64,000 nucleotides of DNA from Eledone cirrhosa (lineage: Eukaryota). The DNA lies in contig OZ024740.1 in the NCBI GenBank assembly GCA_964016885.1, positions 96,968,001 to 97,032,000 on the forward strand. The letters are read 5' to 3'. The notes below the pieces were generated by a model that saw nothing but the letters and a program-made list of their open reading frames with translations, was not told the DNA's origin and searched no databases. Below are positions 14,358-28,000 of the stretch, in pieces (within the stretch, counting starts at the first letter, position 1; every line of letters begins with the position of its first letter). The translations under genes were made by a program, and so were the position numbers.

Positions 14358-15232
14358 CAGGGTGCGGACCATGTTTGTTCGCAAGATTACTGTCTAGGAA
14401 AAGGTAACGCAGTAGTTTTATATTTTAAGATTTATTTATCGAACTTGGGTCAGTTTGTCTTCATAACTTGTTCTTTCGATCTCACACGGTAAACCCGCCA
14501 TTGGCTTTGATGACGGCTTCAAGGCGGCCTCGGAACCGGCTAGAGACCTTCGTCACTCCCCGACTTAGGCCCCTAAAGGCACTTGTGATACTGGCATTCA
14601 TATCGTCTTTCGTATTGCAGCTAGATCTGTTGGTGTCTCATTCAACTGCGCCCTTTCAAAAAGAAGTCGAGAGGGTTGCAGAAAGGCGAGCTGGGAGACC
14701 AGATGTCAGGTGAAGTTCTCTGACAGCAAGGATTGGATCTTTCCGCTGGTATGGCAGGGCGTTGAGTCTTGTTGCGACAAGTACGGCCTACCTTCAGCTA
14801 CCTGGTCGATCCAGGGCTTTAGTACCTCGCTCAGAACGCGGATGTAGCCATCGGTGTTCAGCTCGAGGACCTCATGGAAGAAATGAGGTGGCACGACGTC
14901 ACCTAGACTGCTGACGATACCTAAGACCAATGTTGCCGCTGGAAAATGTGTCTGCATGATTCTGGGAACGTCTTTGGACAAGACAGCGAACTACATGTTG
15001 TTCTATGAGTTGATGATTTGGTCTTATATGTCTCCCGGCGCGGATTCCCCAAAAAACTCCGCGTCTCTTCCACAAATTTGGAGTTTCAAAATTATTCATA
15101 ATCAATTATTCTGAAAATAAATAATGAAAATATAGTCACTGTTTTTATGAAGACAAGAGTGACAACGGAAGTAAAGAAGATTTGCATTAAATTAGCAGTT
15201 GAAAATTGCAAACAAATATCGTCCGTACCCTG
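14358..15232 (-). mobile_element. Internally deleted Tc1/mariner DNA transposon (maT/DD37D-like)
   Basis: TA-cagggtgcggaccatgtttgttcgcaa ... ttgcaaacaaatatcgtccgtaccctg-TA gives imperfect ~27-bp TIRs with a TA TSD. Minus-strand remnant reads PPHFF...VLKPW...QQDSTPCHTS...IWSPSSPFCNPLDFF. Confidence 0.9.
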
Positions 15233-15276
15233 TATATAGGTATGTATATATATATATATACATACCTATATATATA

Positions 15277-15853
15277 TATATAAGTATGTACACGTACATA
15301 CATATATGTATACAGATGTACAGTAGTGTGTATATTTATATACATACATGCACACACATATATATGTACGTATGGATTCACAGAACATTTATTATAATGC
15401 TCGGTGTGTTTGTAAAAAAACATCCCGTATTAAGCCGTAGTGTCTAGCAACCATCGTTGCTCGTTTGTTCAACACTGACAAAGGAACGCTGTACTAGTTT
15501 CAAGCTTATTAGCTATCGTCAGCAACGTATACCTTCCTGCCGATTGTTGAACGTATATACTTACCTTATTCATATAAACGGCTGAGTGGCCCAATTTGCA
15601 TATCGAGTGGTTTAATCGGCCGGGTGAACCGAACACGATAAACGGAAAAAATGAATCGAAATTTCATTTCCCACTCTCAGTTAGGCTGTTACTTAAATAT
15701 AAGTATGTACACGTACATACATATATGTATACAGACGTACAGTAGTATGTATATTTACATACATGCACACACATATATATGTACGTATGGATTCACCGAA
15801 CATTTATTATAATGCTCGGTGTGTTTGTAAACAAACATCCGTTTTAAGCCCTA
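15277..15853 (-). repeat. Inverted block (~1.4 units) of the 420-bp satellite
   Basis: Reverse complement of the downstream unit; orientation flips at about 15847-15853. Confidence 0.93.
15486..15528 (-). ncRNA. Intact minimal type I hammerhead in inverted satellite unit
   Basis: Reverse complement reads acgttg-CTGACGA-tagctaataagctt-GAAAC-ta-GTA-cagcgt. Confidence 0.85.
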
Positions 15854-15997
15854 GTAAGAGTGGGAAATGGAATTTCGTTTCATTTTTTCCGTTTATCATT
15901 TTCAATACACCCAGCCGATTAACCCACTCGATTTGCAAGATAGCCGTTAATATGCATAAGGTAAATATATACGTTCAACAATCTGGCAGTAAGGTAT

Positions 15998-16040
15998 ACG
16001 TTGCTGACGATAGTTAATAAGCTTGAAACTAGTACAGCGT
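15998..16040 (+). ncRNA. First plus-strand satellite hammerhead
   Basis: acgttg-CTGACGA-t-agtt-aata-agct-t-GAAAC-ta-GTA-cagcgt; the variant keeps stem II through a U-G pair. Confidence 0.85.
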
Positions 16041-19000
16041 TCCTTTGTCAGTGTTAACAAACGAGCAACGATGGTTGCTATACACTACGGCTTATTACGG
16101 GATGTTTGTTTACAAACACACCGCGCATTATAATAAATGTTCGATGAATCCATACGTACATATATATGTGTGTGCATGTATGTATATAAATATACATACT
16201 ACTGTACGTCTGTGTACATATATGTATGTACGTGTACATACTTATATTTAAGTAACAGCCGTACTAAGAGTCGGAAATGATATTTCGTTTCATTTTTTCC
16301 GTTTATCGTTTTCGGTGCACCCGGCCGATTAACCCACTCGATATGCAAATTGGGCTACTCAGACGTTAATATGCATAAAGTAAGTATGTACTTTCAACAA
16401 TCTGGCAAGAAGGTATACGTTGCTGACGATAGCTAATAAACTTGAACCTAGAACAGCGTTCCTTTGTCAGTGTTGAACAAACGAGCAACCATGGTTGCTA
16501 TACAATACGGCTTAATACGGGATGTTTGTTTACAAACACACCGAGCATTATAATAAATGTTTGGTGAATCCATACGTACATATATATGTGTGTGCATGTA
16601 TGTATATAAGTATACATACTACTGTACGTCCGTATACATATATGTATGTACGTGTACATACTTATATTTAAGTAACAGCCGTACTAAGAGTGGGAAATGA
16701 AATTTCGTTTCATTTTTCCGTTTATCGTTTTCGGTCACCCGTGCGATTAACCCACTCTATATGCAAATTGGGCTACTCAGCCGTTAATATGCATAAGGTA
16801 AGTATATACGTTCCACAATCTGGCAGGAAGGTATAGGTTGCTGACTATAGCTAATAAGCTTGAAACTAGTACAGCGTTCCTTTGTCAGTGTTAACAAACG
16901 AGCAACGATGGTTGCTATACTCTACGGCTTATTACGGGATGTTTGCTTACAAACACACCGAGCATTATAATAAATGTTCGGTGAATCCATACGTACATAT
17001 ATATGTGTGTGCATGTATGTATATAAATATACATACTACTGTACGTCTGTATACATATATGTATGTACGTGTACATACTTATATTTAAGTAACAGCCGTA
17101 CTAAGAGTCGGAAAGGAAATTTCGTTTCATTTTATCCGTTTAACGTTTTCGGTGCACCCGGCCGATTAACCCACTCGATATGCAAATTGGGCTACTCAGA
17201 CGTTAATATGCATAAAGTAAGTATGTACTTTCAACAATCTGGCAGTAACGTATACGTTGCTGACGATAGCTATTAAGCTTGAAATTAGTACAGCGTTCCT
17301 TTGTCAGTGTTGAACAAACGAGCAACGATGGTTGCTATACACTACGGCTTACTACTGGATGTTTGTTTACAAACAAACCGAGCATTATAATAAATGTTCT
17401 GTGAATCCATGCGTACATATACATGTGTGTGCATGTATGTATATAAGTATACATACTACTGTACGTCCGTATACATATATGTATGTACGTGTACATACTT
17501 ATATTTAAGTAACAGCCGTACTAAGAGTGGGAAATGAAATTTCGTTTCATTTTCCGTTTATCGTTTTCGGTCACCCGGCCGATTAACCCACTCTATATGC
17601 AAATTGGGCTACTCAGCCGTTAATATGCATAAGGTAAGTATATACGTTCCACAATCTGGCAGGAAGGTATAAGTTGCTGACTATAGCTAATCAGCTTGAA
17701 ACTAGTACAGCGTTCCTTTTTCAGTGTTAACAAACGAGCAACGATGGTTGCTATACACTACGGCTTAGTACGGGATGTTTGTTTACAAACACACCGAGCA
17801 TTATAATAAAGGTTTGGTGAATCCATACGTACATATATATGTGTGTGCATGTATGTATATAAATATACATACTACTGTACGTCCGTATACATATATGTAT
17901 GTACGTGTACATACTTATATTTAAGTAACAGCCGTACTAAGAGTGGGAAATGAAATTTCGTTTCATTTTTCCGTTTATCGTTTCGGTCACCCGGCCGATT
18001 AACCCACTCTATATGCAAATTGGGCTACTCAGCCGGTAATATGCATAAGGTAAGTATATACGTTCCACAATCTGGCAGGAAGGTATAGGTTGCTGACTAT
18101 AGCTAATAAGCTTGAATCTAGTACATCGTTCCTTTGTCAGTGTTACCAAACGAGCAACAATGGTTGCTATACACTACGGCTTAGTACGGGATGTTTGTTT
18201 ACAAACACACCGCGCATTATAATAAATGTTCGGTGAATCCATACGTACATATATATGTGTGTGCATGTATGTATATAAATATACATACTACTGTACGTCT
18301 GTATACATATATGTATGTACGTGTACATACATATATTTAAGTAACAGCCGTACTAAGAGTCGGAAAGGAAATTTCGTTTCATTTTTTCCGTTTATCGTTT
18401 TCGGTGCACCCGGTCGATTAACTCACTCGATATGCAAATTGGGCTACTCAGACGTTAATATGAATAAAGTAAGTATGTACTTCCAACAATCTGGCAGGAA
18501 GGTATACGTTGCTGACGATAGCTAATAAGCTTGAAACTAGTACAGCGTTCCTTTGTCAGTGTTGAAGAAACGACCAACTATGGTTGCTAGACACTACGGC
18601 TTAATGAGGGATGTTTGTTTACGAACAAACCGAGCATTATAATAGATGTTAAGTGAAACCATACGTACATATATATGTGTGTGCATGTATGTATATAAAT
18701 ATACATACTACTGTACGTCTGTAAACATATATGTATGTAAGTATACTTACTTATATTTAAATAACAGCCGTACTAAGAGTGGGAAATGAAATTTAGTTTC
18801 ATTTTTTCCGTTTATCGTTTTCGGTGCACCCGGCCGATTATCCCACTCGATATGCAAATTGGGCTACTCAGCCGTTAATATGCAAAAGGTAAGTATATAC
18901 GTTCCACAATCTGGCAGGAAGGTATAGGTTGCTGACTATAGCTAATAAGCTCAAAACTAGTACAGCGTTCCTTTGTCAGTGTTAACAAACGAGCAACGAT

Positions 19001-22000
19001 GGTTGCTATACTCTACGGCTTATTACGGGATGTTTGCTTACAAACACACCGAGCATTATAATAAATGTTCGGTGAATCCATACGTACATATATATGTGTG
19101 TGCATGTATGTATATAAATATACATACTACTGTACGTCTGTATACATATATGTATGTACGTGTACATACTTATATTTAAGTAACAGCCGTACTAAGAGTC
19201 GGAAAGGAAATTTCGTTTCATTTTTCCGTTTATCGTTTCGGTCACCCGGCCGATTAACCCACTCTATATGCAAATTGGGCTACTCAGCCGGTAATATGCA
19301 TAAGGTAAGTATATACGTTCCACAATCTGGCAGGAAGGTATAGGTTGCTGACTATAGCTAATAAGCTTGAAACTAGTACATCGTTCCTTTGTCAGTGTTA
19401 ACAAACGAGCAACAATGGTTGCTATACACTACGGCTTATTACGGGTTGTTTGTTTACAAACACACCGCGCATTATAATAGATGTTCGGTGAATCCATACG
19501 TACATATATATGTGTGTGCATGTATGTATATAAATATACATACTACTGTACGTCTGTATACATATATGTATGTACGTGTACATACATATATTTAAGTAAC
19601 AGCCGTACTAAGAGTCGGAAAGGAAATTTCGTTTCATTTTTTCGTTTATCGTTTTCGGTGCACCCGGTCGATTAACTCACTCGATATGCAAATTGGGCTA
19701 CTCAGACGTTAATATGAATAAAGTAAGTATGTACTTCCAACAATCTGGCAGGAAGGTATACGTGGCTGACGATAGCTAATAAGCTTGAAACTAGTACAGC
19801 GTTCCTTTGTCAGTGTTGAAGAAACGACCAACTATGGTTGCTAGACACTACGGCTTAATAAGGGATGTTTGTTTACGAACAAACCGAGCATTATAATAAA
19901 TGTTAAGTGAAACCATACGTACATATATATGTGTGTGCATGTATGTATATAAATATACATACTACTGTACGTCTGTAAACATATATGTATGTAAGTATAC
20001 TTACTTATATTTAAATAACAGCCGTACTAAGAGTGGGAAATGAAATTTAGTTTCATTTTTTCCGTTTATCGTTTTCGGTGCACCCGGCCGATTATCCCAC
20101 TCGATATGCAAATTGGGCTACTCAGCCGTTAATATGCAAAAGGTAAGTATATACGTTCTACAATCTGGCAGGAAGGTATACGTTGCTGACGATAGCTAAT
20201 AAGCTTGAAACTAGTACAGCGTTCCTTCGTCAGTGTTGAAGAAACGAGTTACGATGGTTGCTAGACACCACGGCTTAATACGGGATGTTTGTTTACAAAC
20301 ACACCGAGCATTATAATAAATGTTCGGTGAATCCATACGTACATATATATGTGTGTGCATGTATGTATATAAATATACATACTATTGTATGTCTGTATAC
20401 ATATATGTAGGTACGTGTACATACTTATATTTATGTAACAGCCGTACTAAGAGTGGGAAATGGAATTTCGTTTCATTTTTTCCGTTTATCGTTTTCGGTG
20501 CACCCGGTCGATTAACTCACTCGATATGCAAATTGGGCTACTCAGCCGTTAATATGCATAAGGTAAGTATATACGTTCAACAATCTGGCAGGAAGGTATA
20601 CGTTGCTGACGATAGCTAATAAGATTGAAACTAGTACAGCGTTCCTTTGGCAGTGTTGAAGAAACGAGCAACGATGGTTGCTAGACACTACGGCTTAATA
20701 CGGGATGTTTGTTTACAAACACATGTTCGGTGAATCCATACGTACATATATATGTGTGTGCATGTATGTATATCAATATACCTACTATTGTACGTCTGTA
20801 TACATATATGTATGTACGTGTACATACTTATATTTAAATAACAGCCGTACTAAGGTAAGTATATACGTTCAACAATCTGGCAGGAAGGTATACGTTGCTG
20901 ACGATAGCTAATAAGATTGAAACTAGTACAGCGTTCCTTTGGCAGTTTTGGACAAACGAGCAACGATGATTGCTAGACACTACGTCTTAATACGGGATGT
21001 TTGTTTACAAAGAAACTGAGCATTATAATAAGTGTTCGGTGAATCCATACGTGCATATATATGTATGTGCATGTATGTATATAAATATACATACTACTGT
21101 ACGTCTGTATACATATATGTATGTACGTATACTTACTTATATTTAAATAACAGCCGTACTAAGAGTGGGAAATGAAATTTCGTTTCATTTTTTCCGTTCA
21201 TCGTTTTCGGTGCACCCGGCCGATTAACCCATTTGATATGCAAATTGGGCTACTCAGCCGTTAATATGCAAAAGGTAAGTATATACGTTCAACAATCTGT
21301 CAGGAAGATATACGTTGCTGACGATAGCTAATGAACTTGAAACTAGTACAGCGTTCCTTCGTCATTGTTGAAGAAACGAGCAACGATGGTTGCTAGACAC
21401 TACGGCTTAATACGGGATTTTTGTTCACAAACACACCGAGCATTATAATAAATGTTCGGTGAATCCATACGTACATATATATGTGTGTGCATGTATGTAT
21501 ATAAATATACATACTACTGTACGTCCGTATACATATATGTATGTACGTGTACATACTTATATTTAAGTAACAGCCGTACTAAGAGTGGGAAATGAAATTT
21601 CGTTTCATTTTTCCGTTTATCGTTTCGGTCACCCGGCCGATTAACCCACTCTATATGCAAATTGGGCTACTCCGCCGTTAATATGCATAAGGTAAGTATA
21701 TACGTTCCACAATCTGGCAGGAAGGTATAGGTTGCTGACTATAGCTAATAAGCTTGAAACTAGTACATCGTTCCTTTGTCAGTGTTAACAAACGAGCAAC
21801 GATGGTTGCTATACACTACGGCTTATTACGGGTTGTTTGTTTACGAACAAACCGAGCATTATAATAAATGTTAAGTGAAACCATACGTACATATATATGT
21901 GTGTGCATGTATGTATATAAATATACATACTACTGTACGTCAGTAAATATATATGTATGTAAGTATACTTACTTATATTTAAATAACAGCCGTACTAAGA

Positions 22001-25000
22001 GTGGGAAATGAAATTTAGTTTCATTTTTTCCGTTTATCGTTTTCGGTGCACCCGGCCGATTATCCCACTCGATATGCAAATTGGGCTACTCAGCCGTTAG
22101 TATGCAAAATGTAAGTATATACGTTCTACAATCTGGCAGGAAGGTATACGTTGCTGACGATAGCTAATAAGCTTGAAACTAGTACAGCGTTCCTTCGTCA
22201 GTGTTGAAGAAACGAGTTACGATGGTTGCTAGACACCACGGCTTAATACGGGATGTTTGTTTACAAACACACCGAGCATTATAATAAATGTTCGGTGAAT
22301 CCATACGTACATATATATGTGTGTGCATGTATGTATATAAATATACATACTATTGTACGTCTGTATACATATATGTAGGTACGTGTACATACTTATATTT
22401 ATGTAACAGCCGTACTAAGAGTGGGAAATGGAATTTCGTTTCATTTTTTCCGTTTATCGTTTTCGGTGCACCCGGCCGATTAACCCACACGATATGCAAA
22501 TTGGTCTACTCAGCCGTTAATATGCAAAAGGTAAGTATATACGTTCAACAATCTGGCAGGAACGTATACGTTGCTGACGATAGCTAATAAGGTTGAAACT
22601 AGTACAGCGTTCCTTTGTCAGTGTTGAAGAAACGAGCAACGATGGTTGCTAGACACTACGGCTTAATACGGGATGTTTGTTTCCAAACACACCGAGCATT
22701 ATAGTAAATGTTCGGTGAATCCATACGTGCATATATATGTGTGTGCATGTATGTATATAAATATACATACTACTGTACGTCTGTATACATATATATATGT
22801 ACGTATACTTACTTATATTTAAATAACAGCCGTACTAAGGGTGGGAAATGAAATTTCGTTTCATTTTTTCCGTTCATCGTTTTCGGTGCACCCGGCTGAT
22901 TAACCCACTCAATATGCAAATTGGGCTACTCAGTCCTTAATATGCATAAGGTAACTATATACGTTCAACAATCTGGCAGGAAGGTATACGTTGCTGACGA
23001 TAGCTAATAAGCTTGAAATTAGTACAGCGTTCCTTTGTCAGTGTTGAACAAACGAGCAACGATGGTTGCTATACACTACGGCTTAATACGGGATGTTTGT
23101 TTACAAACGCACCGAGCATTATAATAAATGTTCGGTGAATCCATACGTACATATATATGTGTGTGCATGTATGTATATAAATATACATACTATTGTACGT
23201 CTGTATACATATATGTATGTACGTGTACATACTTATATTTAAGTAACAGCCGTACTAAGAGTGGGAAATGAAATTTAGTTTCATTTTTTCCGTTTATCGT
23301 TTTCGGTGCACCCGCCCGATTAACTCACTCGATATGCAAATTGGGCTACTCAGCCGTTTATATGCATAAGGTAAGTATATACGTTCAACAATCTGGCAGG
23401 AAGGTATACGTTGCTGACGATAGCTAATAAGCTTGAAACAAGTACAGCGTTCCTTCGTCAGTGTTGAAGAAACGAGCAACGATGGTTGCTAGACACCACG
23501 GCTTAATACGGGATGTTTGTTTACAAACACACCGAGCATTATAATAAATGTTCGGTGAATCCATACGTACATATATATGTGTGTGCATGTATGTATATAA
23601 ATATACATACTACTGTACGTCTGTATACATATATGTATGTACGTGTACATACTTATATTTAAGTAACAGCCGTACTAAAGTCGGAAAGGAAATTTCGTTT
23701 ATTTTTTCCGTTTCACGTTTTCTGTGCACCCGGCCAAGTAACCCACTCGATATTCAAATTGGGCTACTCAGACGTTAATATGCATAAAGTAAGTATGTAC
23801 TTTCAACAATCTGGCAGGAAGGTATACGTTGCTGACGATAGCTAATAAGCTTGAAACTAGTACAGCGTTCCTTTGTCAGTGTTGAACAAACGAGCAACGA
23901 TGGTTGCTATACACTACGGCTTACTACTGGATGTTTGTTTACAAACAAACCGAGCATTATAATAAATGTTCTGTGAATCCATGCGTACATATACATGTGT
24001 GTGCATGTATGTATATAAGTATACATACTACTGTACGTCCGTATACATATATGTATGTACGTGTACATACTTATATTTAAGTAACAGCCGTACTAAGAGT
24101 GGGAAATGAAATTTCGTTTCATTTTCCGTTTATCGTTTTCGGTCACCCGGCCGATTAACCCACTCTATATGCAAATTGGGCTACTCAGCCGTTAATATGC
24201 ATAAGGTAAGTATATACGTTCCACAATCTGGCAGGAAGGTATAAGTTGCTGACTATAGCTAATCAGCTTGAAACTAGTACAGCGTTCCTTTTTCAGTGTT
24301 AACAAACGAGCAACGATGGTTGCTATACACTACGGCTTAGTACGGGATGTTTGTTTACAAACACACCGAGCATTATAATAAAGGTTTGGTGAATCCATAC
24401 GTACATATATATGTGTGTGCATGTATGTATATAAATATACATACTACTGTACGTCCGTATACATATATGTATGTACGTGTACATAGTTATATTTAAGTAA
24501 CAGCCGTACTAAGAGTGGGAAATGAAATTTCGTTTCATTTTTCCGTTTATCGTTTCGGTCACCCGGCCGATTAACCCACTCTATATGCAAATTGGGCTAC
24601 TCAGCCGTTAATATGCATAAGGTAAGTATATACGTTCCACAATCTGGCAGGAAGGTATAGGTTGCTGACTATAGCTAATAAGCTTGAATCTAGTACATCG
24701 TTCCTTTGTCAGTGTTACCAAACGAGCAACAATGGTTGCTATACACTACGGCTTAGTACGGGATGTTTGTTTACAAACACACCGCGCATTATAATAAATG
24801 TTCGGTGAATCCATACGTACATATATATGTGTGTGCATGTATGTATATAAATATACATACTACTGTACGTCTGTATACATATATGTATGTACGTGTACAT
24901 ACATATATTTAAGTAACAGCCGTACTAAGAGTCGGAAAGGAAATTTCGTTTCATTTTTTCCGTTTATCGTTTTCGGTGCACCCGGTCGATTAACTCACTC

Positions 25001-28000
25001 GATATGCAAATTGGGCTACTCAGACGTTAATATGAATAAAGTAAGTATGTACTTCCAACAATCTGGCAGGAAGGTATATGTTGCTGACGATAGCTAATAA
25101 GCTTGAAACTAGTACAGCGTTCCTTTGTCAGTGTTGAAGAAACGACCGACTATGGTTGCTAGACACTACGGCTTAATAAGGGATGTTTGTTTACGAACAA
25201 ACCGAGCATTATAATAGATGTTAAGTGAAACCATACGTACATATATATGTGTGTGCATGTATGTATATAAATATACATACTACTGTACGTCTGTAAACAT
25301 ATATGTATGTAAGTATACTTACTTATATTTAAATAACAGCCGTACGAAGAGTGGGAAATGAAATTTAGTTTCATTTTTTCCGTTTATCGTTTTCGGTGCA
25401 CCCGGCCGATTATCCCACTCGATATGCAAATTGGGCTACTCAGCCGTTAATATGCAAAAGGTAAGTATATACGTTCCACAATCTGGCAGGAAGGTATAGG
25501 TTGCTGACTATTGCTAATAAGCTCAAAACTAGTACAGCGTTCCTTTGTCAGTGTTAACAAACGAGCAACGATGGTTGCTATACTCTACGGCTTATTACGG
25601 GATGTTTGCTTACAAACACACCGAGCATTATAATAAATGTTCGGTGAATCCATACGTACATATATATGTGTGTGCATGTATGTATATAAATATACATACT
25701 ACTGTACGTCTGTATACATATATGTATGTACGTGTACATACTTATATTTAAGTAACAGCCGTACTAAGAGTCGGAAAGGAAATTTCGTTTCATTTTTCCG
25801 TTTATCGTTTCGGTCACCCGGCCGATTAACCCACTCTATATGCAAATTGGGCTACTCAGCCGGTAATATGCATAAGGTAAGTATATACGTTCCACAATCT
25901 GGCAGGAAGGTATAGGTTGCTGACTATAGCTAATAAGCTTGAAACTAGTACATCGTTCCTTTGTCAGTGTTAACAAACGAGCAACAATGGTTGCTATACA
26001 CTACGGCTTATTACGGGTTGTTTGTTTACAAACACACCGCGCATTATAATAGATGTTCGGTGAATCCATACGTACATATATATGTGTGTGCATGTATGTA
26101 TATAAATATACATACTACTGTACGTCTGTATACATATATGTATGTACGTGTACATACATATATTTAAGTAACAGCCGGACTAAGTGTCGGAAAGGAAATT
26201 TCGTTTCATTTTTTCGTTTATCGTTTTCGGTGCACCCGGTCGATTAACTCACTCGATATGCAAATTGGGCTACTCAGACGTTAATATGAATAAAGTAAGT
26301 ATGTACTTCCAACAATCTGGCAGGAAGGTATACGTGGCTGACGATAGCTAATAAGCTTGAAACTAGTACAGCGTTCCTTTGTCAGTGTTGAAGAAACGAC
26401 CAACTATGGTTGCTAGACACTACGGCTTAATAAGGGATGTTTGTTTACGAACAAACCGAGCATTATAATAAATGTTAAGTGAAACCATACGTACATATAT
26501 ATGTGTGTGCATGTATGTATATAAATATACATACTACTGTACGTCTGTAAACATATATGTATGTAAGTATACTTACTTATATTTAAATAACAGCCGTACT
26601 AAGAGTGGGAAATGAAATTTAGTTTCATTTTTTCCGTTTATCGTTTTCGGTGCACCCGGCCGATTATCCCACTCGATATGCAAATTGGGCTACTCAGCCG
26701 TTAATATGCAAAAGGTAAGTATATACGTTCTACAATCTGGCAGGAAGGTATACGTTGCTGACGATAGCTAATAAGCTTGAAACTAGTACAGCGTTCCTTC
26801 GTCAGTGTTGAAGAAACGAGTTACGATGGTTGCTAGACACCACGGCTTAATACGGGATGTTTGTTTACAAACACACCGAGCATTATAATAAATGTTCGGT
26901 GAATCCATACGTACATATATATGTGTGTGCATGTATGTATATAAATATACATACTATTGTATGTCTGTATACATATATGTAGGTACGTGTACATACTTAT
27001 ATTTATGTAACAGCCGTACTAAGAGTGGGAAATGGAATTTCGTTTCATTTTTTCCGTTTATCGTTTTCGGTGCACCCGGTCGATTAACTCACTCGATATG
27101 CAAATTGGGCTACTCAGCCGTTGATATGCATAAGGTAAGTATATACGTTCAACAATCTGGCAGGAAGGTATACGTTGCTGACGATAGCTAATAAGATTGA
27201 AACTAGTACAGCGTTCCTTTGGCAGTGTTGAAGAAACGAGCAACGATGGTTGCTAGACACTACGGCTTAATACGGGATGTTTGTTTACAAACACATGTTC
27301 GGTGAATCCATACGTACATATATATGTGCGTGCATGTATGTATATCAATATACCTACTATTGTACGTCTGTATACATATATGTATGTACGTGTACATACT
27401 TATATTTAAGTAACAGCCGTACTAAGAGTGGGAAATGGAATTTCGTTTCATTTTTTCCGTTTATCGTTTTCGGTGCACCCGGCCGATTAACCCACTCGAT
27501 ATGCAAATTGGACTACTCAGCCGTTAATATGCATAAGGTAAGTATATACGTTCAACAATCCGGCAGGAAGGTATACGTTGCTGACGATAGCTAATAAGCT
27601 TGAAACTAGTACAGCGTTCCTTTGGCAGTTTTGGACAAACGAGCAACGATGATTGCTAGACACTACGTCTTAATACGGGATGTTTGTTTACAAAGAAACT
27701 GAGCATTATAATAAGTGTTCGGTGAATCCATACGTGCATATATATGTATGTGCATGTATGTATATAAATATACATACTACTGTACGTCTGTATACATATA
27801 TGTATGTACGTATACTTACTTATATTTAAATAACAGCCGTACTAAGAGTGGGAAATGAAATTTCGTTTCATTTTTTCCGTTCATCGTTTTCGGTGCACCC
27901 GGCCGATTAACCCATTTGATATGCAAATTGGGCTACTCAGCCGTTAATATGCAAAAGGTAAGTATATACGTTCAACAATCTGTCAGGAAGATATACGTTG

